From Macrostomum lignano (lineage: Eukaryota): a stretch of 64,000 nucleotides of DNA. Location: the NCBI GenBank assembly GCA_002269645.1, contig NIVC01000299.1, positions 62,001 through 126,000 on the forward strand, read 5' to 3'. Under the pieces are notes generated by a model. It searched no databases and was not told the origin of the DNA. It saw only the letters and a program-made list of their open reading frames with translations. Position 1 is the first letter of the stretch. Each line of letters begins with the position of its first letter. Both the position numbers and the translations under genes were made by a program. Below, in pieces: positions 53,383 through 64,000 of the stretch.

Positions 53383-56300
53383 TCACTGATTGGCCGTGGC
53401 CGCCAGCCTCTCCGCCCGGCCGGCCTTCTCCCTGGCCATTTTCCGCCGCTTCTCCTTCTTAGCCGCCGCCCGACGCAGCTGGTCCAGCCGGCCAAACTCC
53501 TCCGACTCGGCGTCAACGGCGAATTCTTCGCGCCGGAACATGTCGCCGAATCGAGCGTCGGTCACCACGCCGACAAGGCTGCGATTCACCCTGGCCGCGT
53601 CGGCGTCGCCGGCGGCTGCGGCGGCTCCGGCGGCAGCCTCGGTTCGTCGAATCCGACCAGCGGCAAGGCCGTCAGTCGCCTCGCGGAGGCGCTCGCGCCT
53701 CAGCGCTGCCGTGTCGGCGCCGGTGCCGCTGAGCGCCAACTTTGCGCGCTCGTAGAGGCGCGAATCGATGAAGAAGCCGTGCATGAAAGCGCGCAGATAC
53801 TCGGTGCCGATGAGGCTGGAGAGGCCAAGGCTGGTCAGCTGCTCTCGAGTCAGGAATTTGTAATTGTCGTACAGAACTGTCTCCGTGCGCTCCTGCTCTT
53901 CCACCTGAATGAGGGAAAGTGCGGAGACATGGGGAGGTAAAGAATGCGCACTTTTAGAGACTCTGTTGTGTACTTTAGGGGCTTGAGTGGTGTGTACTTT
54001 TATAGGTAGATTGGGATGAAACAGGTGTGTACTTTGGGAGTAGATGGGGCTTAGGTCAGTGTATACTTTAAGATAGTGTTTAGGCAGGTGTGTATTTTAA
54101 TTGTAGATGGGGTTTAGGTCGGTGTGTACTTTATGATTAGATGGGTTTAGGTCGGTGTGTACTTTATGATTAGATGGGGTTTAGGTCGGTGTGTACTTTA
54201 TGATTAAATGGGTTTAGGTCGGTGTGTACTTTATGATTAGATGGGTTTAGGTCGGTGTGTACTTTATGATTAGATGGGTTTAGGTCGGTGTGTACTTTAT
54301 AATTAGATGGGTTTAGGTCGGTGTGTACTTCATGATTAATGGGTTTAGGTCGGTGTGTACTTTATGTACTGGTGTGTACTTTTTGTACTTTGCTGGTGTG
54401 TACTTTAGGAGTAGATGGGGTTCAGGCGGTTGTGTAGTTTAAGATTATATGGTTAGTTCGGTGTGCAGTTCAAATGCATAAGCACACACGAGGTAGATGT
54501 TAGTAATTAATCAGAAGTGACATTGAAGTGGATTAAGAGGACACGCAAGGAAGTGAGGAAGCTGTAGAAAAAAAAGATGAGAACTTCAGTGCATTTTAAG
54601 GACAGGTTCAACATCAAAAACAGGTCCTCAGCACGCAGGTGAAGCTCTGCCAGAGCTGGCAGCCACGCTGCTTGCACTGAAGGCAAGTTGCGAATGAAGT
54701 GAGATTTGGCTGAAGGCGGGGTGAGTAGGAAATACAAAGAAAGACAGGATTATCAGAGGAAAAATGTTAATCTACTGGGGATAAAGCGTGGAAATTTATA
54801 ACAAAATTTGATATCGGGAGAAGCTCGGGAAGCCACAACTGATACAGAAGGCACCTGACCTGCTCGATAATAAAATGCATGGGATCAGGTGCAGAAAACA
54901 GGTTAACAAGGCAAATACAGGGCAATTGTGGGACAGCCGAATGCCTGCAGATTCTCAATTATCTGATCCTACTACAATGTCACTCTGGTAGCACTCTGAT
55001 CCTACTACAATGTCACTTTGGGAGCACTCTGATCCTACTACAATGTCACTCTGGGAGCACTCTGATCCTACTACAATGTCACTTTGGGAGCACTCTGATC
55101 CTACTACAATGTCACTCTGGGAGCACTCTGATCCTACTACAATGTCACTCTGGGAGCACTCTGATCCTACTACAATGTCACTCTGGTAGCACTCTGATCC
55201 TACTACAATGTCACTCTGGTAGCACTCTGATCCTACTACAATGTCACTCTGGGAGCACTCTGATCCTACTACAATGTCACTCTAGCACTCTGATCCTACT
55301 ACAATGTCACTCTGGTAGCACTCTGATCCTACTACAATGTCACTCTGGTAGCACTCTGATCCTACTACAATGTCACTCTGGTAGCACTCTGATCCTACTA
55401 CAATGTCACTCTAGCACTCTGATTCTACTACAATGTCACTCTAGCACTCTGATTCTACTACAATGTCACTCTAGCACTCTGATTCTACTACAATGTCACT
55501 TTAGCACTCTGATCCTACTACAATGTCACTCTAGCACTCTGATCCTACTACAATGTCACTCTAGCACTCTGATCCTACTACAATGTCACTCTAGCACTCT
55601 GATCCTACTACAATGTCACTTTAGCACTTTGATTCTACTACAATGTCACTCTAGCACTCTGATCCTACTACAATGTCACTCTAGCACTCTGATCCTACTA
55701 CAATGTCACTTTAGCACTCTGATCCTACTAAAATGTCATTCAATTTTCTGGGTGACATTGGGAGTGCTTTTCTGGTTTTCTGTGAGTGCTGATAAAACTG
55801 CAAAGTACTGTTCTGCACGCCAGCTAAATTAAAAAGTACAAAAAGCATTCTGCAAAAGCAAACCAAAACGCATCGCAGCAGAGAAAAACAAGTGGGGGGG
55901 GTAGTTAGTCAGCTGATTAGTAGAAAATTTCTTGACAACCCAGGTGTGTTCAACAAGCAGCAGCAGCAGCAGCAGAAGACACAAAACAACACAATTGCAG
56001 ATCGATAAAGGGAAAAGAAAAAAGCAACCAAGCACAGAGAGAGACTCAATGTCAGCTCAGAGAGGCGGGGAGAAGAAGTGGAGGCATCATAGCTAGTTAA
56101 TTCACAAGCAGCCTAGCGCTTAAGCAAGGACATGGAGCCCCAGATACAAATTCTGGAAAAGAAGCAGATTGGTACGCGGAGATGTAGGATACTTGAGACG
56201 GGAAGGAATTCTTAAGAGGTGAGGGCAGAAGCACTAGAAGCGAGGGCATGAATTCCTAAAATCTACAAGAATATGGAGGAGAAACTGCAACAGGATAATT

Positions 56301-59300
56301 GCGAAGTACTCCGTGATGTTGTCTAAGGCAATGAGGGGGCGTTTAATAAGCTAAAATTTTCCTCATTACCGAAAGGGCAGAAAAAGCTACTCAAGCTCGA
56401 AACTTCTCAAGCTCGAAACTTCTCAAGCTCGAAACTTCTCAAGCTCGAAACTTCTCAAGCTCCAGGATACTCAAGCTCGAAACTTCTCAAGCTCGAAACT
56501 TCTCAAGCTCCAGGGTACTCAAGCTCGAAACTTCTCAAGCTCGAAACTTCTCAAACTCAAAACTTCTCAAGCTCCAGGATACTCAAGCTCGAAACTTCTC
56601 AAGCTCCAGGATACTCAAGCTCGAAACTTCTCAAACTCAAAACTTCTCAAGCTCCAGGATACTCAAGCTCGAAACTTCTCAAGCTCAAAACTTCTCAAGC
56701 TCAAAACTTCTCAAGCTCCAGGATACTCAAGCTCAAAACTTCTCAAGCTCCAGGATACTCAAGCTCGAAACTTCCCAAACTCGATACTTCTGAAACTCTA
56801 AAGCTTCTCAAGCTCGAAACTTCTCAAACCTGAAGCTTCTGAAACTCGAAACTTTACAACCTCGGAAATGTCACAATGAAGCAGAGGGTCAGAGAGCTGG
56901 CTGGCACAAACCTCATTGTCCAATCGAGAGCAGAACTTCGGCGCCGGGCCCAGCTCAGGAATGAACAACGGCACAACCTCGGGCTGTTCGCAAGCCAGCA
57001 TGAGCAGTCCGGAATTGGGGAAGTGCAGCATGTGGTTGATGTTCACGCCTGGCTCCACGGCTGTGTAGGGGCAGCCGTCAGCCTGGTGCCACAGCTTGAC
57101 GCACTTCGAATCGGAGCTGATGACCTGCGGGCAAATCAATTTCAAATTTTCATTCCAAGAAGTAAAAGTTTTGGAATCTTGCAGAGCAATTCACATCTTT
57201 ATAGAATCTCACCCAGAGATACTCCGTTTTTCAGGTCTCACAGAATCTCACCCAGAGATACTCCGTTTTTCAGGTCTCACAGAATCCCATCCTGAGATAT
57301 TTATCTTTCAAATAATCTCATTCAGCCAGCTCTATTCATTATTCATTCAGGTCTCACAGAATCTCACCAGGATATATTCAGGTCTTACTTAATCTCACCT
57401 TAAGATATTTAGCTCTCAGAGAATCTCACCCAGAGATATTCAGCTCTCAGATAATCTCACCCTGTGATATTAAGCTCTCGGAAAATCTCACCCTGAGATT
57501 TTTACCTCACCTCTTGAGACAGAATCTCAAGCAACCCACCTTGTCGCCATGAAAGGCAATGGAGTGCACGGCCACCCCGTATCTGTGGTCCTTGACAACG
57601 CAGGGCCGGCGCTCTCTGATATCGTAAATCAACGCGTGCCCGGTTGCCATGCCAACGCCTAAAGTCACGTGATCTCTGGGGCGCAGACAGCTGACTGAGG
57701 ACAGGCCGCCAACCTCAGGCCCGACGTCCAGAGTGGCCACGGCGGCCTTGGCCCGCGGGTCCCAGGCCTGCACCTTGGCATCGTCGGTGCCCACAAACAG
57801 CAGGCCATTCTGCGGGCACTCGGCGCACCGGCAGTTCTCCACTGCGGCCTCCGTTGTCCACGGCTGCATGAAGCGGCCCAGCTCCAGGTTCAGCCGGTGC
57901 AGCTGCTGGCCGGCCGTGGCCACAATCAGCTCGCCAGTCCAGCTGCACCAGGCCAGGTCGCGGCCCTCGGCCGGCACCCGCAGCTTGTAGTGGTGGCCCT
58001 GCTGTGAGTGCAGCTCCAGCCAGCGCTCCGCCTCCAGCAGGGCCAGCTTGCTGTAGTCCTCGCTGATTGACACCAGCTGCGGGGCGGGGGAGGCGTGATT
58101 TTTAGTCACAATTTATCTACGTCTGTTTTTTATAATCCTAATAATCACCCCTGAGATTGGTTAATACTCATCTCACCCCAGAGATTGGCAAACACTCAAA
58201 TCTCACCCCAGAGATTAGCAAACACTCAAATCTCACCCCTGAGATTGGCAAACACTCAAATCTCACCCCAGAGATTAGCAAACACTCAAATCTCACCCCT
58301 GAGATTGGCAAACACTCAAATCTCACCCCAGAGATTAGCAAACACTCAAATCTCACCCCAGAGATTGGCAAACACTCAAATCTCACCCCAGAGATTAGCA
58401 AACACTCAAATCTCACCCCAGAGATTGGCAAACACTCAAATCTCACCCCAGAGATTGGCAAACACTCAAATCTCACCCCAGAGATTAGCAAACACTCAAA
58501 TCTCACCCCTGAGATTGGCAAACACTTAAATCTCACCCCTCAGATTGATTAATACTCATCTCATCCCTGAGATTGGCAAACACTCAAATCTCACCTCTAA
58601 GATTAGCACTCAAATCTCACCCCAGAGATTGATAAACACTCAAATCTCACCTCTGAGATTGACAATCCTTAAAATTCACCCCCTAAGATTTATATCGATT
58701 AATCTCATCCAGACATTACTAATATTCTCATCTCAACCAGAGATTTGCAGCCTTAGGTCTCATCACTCATCGTGAGATAATTTTGAATAAATTATTCATA
58801 ACTAGCTTTCGCGGTTTATATCACATTTATCCCATTATTCAAATCTGAGCTTACTTTTTTGCATATCAGACCGTCATTAAGTGAGGCTGCACTCCCTATC
58901 GTGACCATATATAACCCAAACAGTTCTATATCTATCCCATATCGCTGCCCTCCCACCCAGTCAAAAACTTATAGGCAGTGAGTCAACGCGCACAAAGCAA
59001 AATAGGCGGCAGAATCGCGCCATCAAAAAACTGCCTGCTTGGCGAGCAGAGCAAACAGAAGCAAGCGGATTGCGGGAAGGAAATTTTCCACTGCTTACTT
59101 CTAAAAGCAAATAAGTAATCCAGGTAACAGGTAATCCTTTGCGCACGAATTTGAATAGACTAACCGAGCCGAGGCGTCAGGATGCAGTTAAAAATTATTA
59201 CAATATAGTAATTTATAAAATCCCTAATCCCAGATCTATGAAATCCCAAATCCCAGATCTATGAAATCCCAGATCCCAGATCTATGAAATCCCAGATCCT

Positions 59301-60698
59301 AGATCTGTAAAATCCCAGATCCCAGATCTATGAAATCCCAGATCCCAGATCTATGAAATCCCAGATCCCAGATCTGTAAAATCCCAGATCCCAGATCTAT
59401 GAAATCCCTAATCCCAGATCTATGAAATCCCAAATCTCAGATCTGTAAAATCCCAAATCCCAGATCTATGAAATCCCAAATCCCGGATCTATGAAATCCA
59501 AAATCCCAGATCTATGAAATCCCAAATCCCAGATCTATAAAATCCCAGATCCCAGATCTATGAAATCCCTAATCCCAGATCTATGAAATCCCAAATCTCA
59601 GATCTGTAAAATCCCTAATCCCAGATCTATGAAATCCCAAATCCCAGATCTATGAAATCCCAAATCCCGGATCTATGAAATCCCAGATCCCAGATCTATG
59701 AAATCCCAGATCCCAGATCTGTAAAATCCCAGATCCCAGATCTATGAAATCCCTAATCCCAGATCTATGAAATCCCAAATCTCAGATCTGTAAAATCCCA
59801 AATCCCAGATCTATGAAATCCCAAATCCCGGATCTATGAAATCCAAAATCCCAGATCTATGAAATCCCAAATCCCAGATCTATAAAATCCCAGATCCCAG
59901 ATCTATGAAATCCCTAATCCCAGATCTATGAAATCCCAAATCTCAGATCTGTAAAATCCCAAATCCCAGATCTATGAAATCCCTAATCCCAGATCTATGA
60001 AATCCCAAATCCCAGATCTATGAAATCCCAAATCCCAAATCTATGAAATCCTAAATCCCAGATGTATGAAATCCCAAATCCCAGATCTATAAAATCCTAA
60101 ATCCCAGTTCCCGAATCTCCGATTGAATAACGCCCGTAGCAAACTCAATTCAAATCCCAAGACAGCCCCAAACACAGTAAATCAAGGGCCCTTCATTAAC
60201 CAGGCAAGATGCTTAAGCAAGTGATGAAGCAGGAAAAACAGCAAATTTGAGGGCAGCTGTCAATCAGGCAAAACAAACTCCGCACGTGAAGTCTCTGATT
60301 TGCTTGGCGCTGCCTGCATCCTCCATTTCTGCAACAAATTGCATGCAAGGAAGCTATTTTTACTTCTCTCCCAGACTTGTTTAAATGTAACAAGCGACTC
60401 GGGCGGGTCAGCTGCTGCTCTGGCTTATCAGCTGGAGGGGGGCAATGGGAATGCCCGCCTGCTGCCACAGCTGCCGCAGTTGTCATGGCGACTGTCAGGG
60501 CATGCACACAGACTCTGTCTGGGCTGATTCCTGTTACTGTCGGCGATATACTTTAGTTTTAGAAACAAGTTTGTGAAGCATTTCTTTAGACAAATAACCT
60601 CAGAAATCCCTTTGTCTGGTAAATTGACTGTCTAAAGCGCTGCTGGTATACGTAATATGCGACTGGCTGGGGACAGACAGACAGACAGACGGACAGGC

Positions 60699-60731
<33 letters not shown>

Positions 60732-60766
60732 GGCAGACAGACAAACATAGGGAGAAAGAAATACTA

Positions 60767-60813
<47 letters not shown>

Positions 60814-60882
60814 GACGACAGACAGACAGGCAGACAGACAGGCAGACAGACAGATACACAGACAGGCAGACAGACAGACAGG

Positions 60883-60918
<36 letters not shown>

Positions 60919-60974
60919 GACGACAGACAGACAGGCAGACAGACAGGCAGACATACAGATACACATACAGATAC

Positions 60975-61021
<47 letters not shown>

Positions 61022-61351
61022 GGCAGACAGACAGACAGAGACGACAGACAGGCAGGCAGACAGACACACAGACAGGCAGACAGACACAGACAGGCAGACA
61101 GACAGACAGACAGGCAGACAGACAGACACACAGACAGACAGACAGACAGTCAGACACGGACATACAGACAGACACACAGACAGACAGACACACAGACAGA
61201 CACACAGACAGGCAGACAGTCAGACACGGACATACAGACAGACACACAGACAGGCAGACACACAGACAGGCAGACACAGACAGACAGACAGACACACAGA
61301 CAGACAGACAGGCAGACAGACAGACACACAGACAGACAGACAGACAGACAC

Positions 61352-61402
<51 letters not shown>

Positions 61403-61935
61403 CACAGACAGACAGACACACAGACAGACAGACACACAGACAGACAGACACACACACAGACAGGCAGACACACAGACACACAGACAGACACACAGACACA
61501 CACACACAGACAGGCAGACAGTCAGACACGGACATACAGACAGACACACAGACAGGCAGACACACAGACAGGCAGACACAGACAGACAGACAGACACACA
61601 GACAGACAGACGCACAGACACACAGAGGCCCAACAAACCTTATGCGCAGGCGAGTCGATGCAGCGCTCAAACTTGAGTGACAGGTTGGCCAGCTCATAGC
61701 AGTTCATCCTGGGCTTGTACACGCCCAGCAGGAACAGGTACTGCTGGTCAGGCGACAGCGCCAGGTAGTTGCAGAGGTTGGGCATGGCCAGGTCCTGCAC
61801 CAGCTGGATGGACTGCCGCAGGCTGGGGTCGGCCTTGCGCAGCTGCCGCTTCTTCCTGTCGGACAGCCAGTCCGGCAGCGACTGCGCATGCAGCAGGTTG
61901 TAAATCTTGACGCTGTTCGGTGCGATGACCTGCAT
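53383..61935 (-). CDS. NOL10: Nucleolar protein 10 (Enp2 family, WD40 plus NUC153), 4 exons, ~522 aa
   Basis: Exons 61935-61639, 58076-57540, 57124-56912, 53904-53383; all introns phase 0, [106 protein letters not shown]153 [19 protein letters not shown]. Confidence 0.92.
54020..54470. repeat. ~33-bp minisatellite, NOL10 intron 3
   Basis: Unit atgggtttaggtcggtgtgtactttatgattag, with degenerate flanks. Confidence 0.88.
54958..55735. repeat. 33/30-bp minisatellite, NOL10 intron 3
   Basis: Unit gcactctgatcctactacaatgtcactct(ggg/ggt)a: 33-bp copies on the left, 30-bp copies on the right. Confidence 0.95.
56390..56855. repeat. 16-bp minisatellite, NOL10 intron 3
   Basis: Units tcaagctcgaaacttc and tcaagctccaggatac. 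Confidence 0.92.
57200..57505. repeat. Degenerate gaatctcacccagagat repeat, NOL10 intron 2
   Basis: Recurrent aatctcaccc..gagat core with variable spacing. Confidence 0.75.
58145..58700. repeat. 30-bp minisatellite, NOL10 intron 1
   Basis: Unit tctcaccccagagattggcaaacactcaaa; period 30. Confidence 0.93.
59218..60105. repeat. 23-bp minisatellite, NOL10 intron 1
   Basis: Unit aaatcccagatctatgaaatccc; period 23. Confidence 0.93.
60672..61625. repeat. (GACA/GGCA/CACA)n compound microsatellite, NOL10 intron 1
   Basis: ~950-bp compound run starting ~15 nt from the exon 1 donor. Confidence 0.93.
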
Positions 61936-62034
61936 CTGCAAGCATTATGGTTATGGGATCTTGGAACAGTCACTTGGGGTATTGAATCCCTAAATAATTA
62001 ACCCATATTTTCAACCTCAAACAGCCAAATTCAT

Positions 62035-62415
62035 ATCCAAAAAATCCTCAAATTCAGATCCCGAAAATCCTCAAATTCAGATCCTAAAAATCCTTAAATT
62101 CAGATCCCTAAAAATCCTTAAATTCAGATCCCTAAAAATTCTCAAATTCAGATCCCTAAAAATTCTTAAATTCAGATCCCTAAAAATCCTTAAATTCAGA
62201 TCCCTAAAAATCCTTAAATTCAGATCCTAAAAAGCCTCAAATTCAGATCCTTAAAATCCTCAAATTCAGATCCTAAAAACCCTCAAATTCAGATCCTTAA
62301 AATCCTCAAATTCAGATCCTAAAAACCCTCAAATTCAGATCCTAAAAACCCTCAAATTCAGATCCTAAAAATCCTCAAATTCAGATTCCGAAAATCCCCA
62401 AATTCAGATCCTAAA
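62035..62415. repeat. 23/24-bp minisatellite upstream of the NOL10 ATG
   Basis: Unit aaaaatcctcaaattcagatcct. Confidence 0.9.
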
Positions 62416-63382
62416 TCTCATTCAAGATTTTAGATTCCCAACTCTAGACGTCAAATCCTTGAACTATTTTAAACTCTATTCTCAAACGAACTAACGACAG
62501 ATATCACTGTAGTTTCTTGCAAGAAGATATTGAAACGAAAAAGACGATTAATAGACACACTAAACTCAGACAGAGGGGTCACGGAGACTCGTACTCAGTC
62601 TGGTACTCAGTACATTGGCTTAACAGACAAAAATAGCGGAGATACATGGATATTGCAGCTAGAATCAGAGAAAAAAGTACACGAGAGCCTGGAGTAATTT
62701 CCACAGCAATAACTTTACATTGCTACTGACAAAAGTAGAGTAGTGTGTAAAAAGCCGGAAAAAGCACAGAATCGGTTCAGACTGTAGGAATATTTACTTG
62801 ATTCAACTCTTGGTGGATAAAAAAAAGGCTAATGATATTCATCAGATGATAAACGAACCGCCCGTGAAGGTGAGGAAACGAAAGACAACAAACACAAGAG
62901 AAGACATTTTATTGCAAAATTTCAAATAAAAATTTCATCAAAAATAATTACAGTCAACAGAAGACTGGAGATCCTCTCTGATCGGAAAATGACAAAGTCT
63001 GGGGATTACAAGTTGAATATGGCGCTATTGTTAAACAATAATTAGTCTATCTACATGGACTTTTAGCGCAGCAAACTGGCATAAAAGTTTCTAGTTTGTC
63101 TCAACGGCAATTTCCTAATACTGACCAAAAATTTAACGCTTAAAATGTTATTACTCGTTTGATTTAAATAAAAAATCGTTAATCGTTGGGTAAAATGTTG
63201 AACACACGGACTCAATTCAGAATAAAAAGGCCGAAAGAAGAGACCGAAAAGAAGCACAAAAATTATTTTTATTGCAATCTGCTGAAGCTTATGAATGTAA
63301 ATATTAATTATTAACATACTGATTGGCACACTGAAAACCACAGAGTAGGCCGGCAAAAACAACTGGTAGGTGCTGCTGCCCT

Positions 63383-64000
63383 GTGATGACTCACTGGAAT
63401 TCTAATTTTGGCACCTGTATGACTCACTGGATCTCAAATTTCGGCACCTGTATGACTCACTGGATCTCTAATTTTGGAACCTGTATGACTCACTGGAATT
63501 CTAATTTTGGCACCTGTATGACTCACTGGATCTCTAATTTTGGAACCTGTATGACTCACTGGAATTCTCATTTTGCACCTGTATGACTCACTTGAATTCT
63601 AATTTTGGCACCTGTATGACTCACTGAAATTCTAATTTTGGCACCTGTATGACTCACTGGAATTCTAATTTTGGCACCTGTATGACTCACTGAAATTCTA
63701 ATTTTGGCACCTGTATGACTCACTGGAATTCTCATTTTGCACCTTTATGACTCACTGGAATTCTCATTTTGCACCTGTATGACTCACTTGAATTCTAATT
63801 TTGGCACCTGTATGACTCACTGAAATTCTAATTTTGGCACCTGTATGACTCACTGGAATTCTAATTTTGGCACCTGTATGACTCACTGAAATTCTAATTT
63901 TGGAACCTGTATGACTCACTGGAATTCTCATTTTGCACCTGTATGACTCACTGAAATTCTAATTTTGGCACCTGTATGACTCACTGGAATTCTAATTTTG
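63383..64000. repeat. 33-bp minisatellite running off the window end
   Basis: Unit tatgactcactggaattctaattttggcacctg. Confidence 0.93.

Noticed and set aside
54500-56390. Unique segments in NOL10 intron 3 (54500-54950, 56040-56390) vaguely like LINE 3' ends
   Set aside because: No convincing RT or zinc-knuckle motif could be read; a repeat-library search is needed.

Overview
Eukaryotic (animal) genomic DNA. GC-rich coding exons with GT-AG introns are interleaved with about 40 micro- and minisatellite arrays. The style suggests a free-living flatworm such as Macrostomum; that is inference, not something the sequence proves. Genes I could reconstruct by hand: KIF9 (+, 10 exons), an atypical rhodopsin-class GPCR (+, 2 exons), an N-acylated globin (-, 3 coding exons), SLC3A2/4F2hc-like (+), HSPBP1 (+), SURF6 (-), a SERGEF-like RCC1 protein (-), TAF3 (-), a universal stress protein (+), NDUFAF2 (-) and NOL10 (-, 4 exons). 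Mobile DNA: a decayed DIRS/Ngaro-type tyrosine-recombinase retroelement, the 3' end of a LINE, and a 225-bp TA-flanked MITE. I recognised no rRNA, tRNA or CRISPR array; most long ORFs in the track are repeat translations or antisense shadows of GC-rich genes. The most notable signals are: (1) a ~1-kb, 42-unit minisatellite in frame inside the RCC1 gene with no good splice sites around it; (2) repeats organised around splice sites, including complementary arrays bridging a globin intron or flanking KIF9 exons, decoy GTGAG donors, and homologous array pairs straddling NOL10 exons; (3) co-oriented gene runs with 3' acceptors in frame with a spliced-leader AUG; (4) a myristoylation-type globin with a ~28-aa CD-loop insertion. 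These are hypotheses from manual reading, and none has been checked against databases or expression data.
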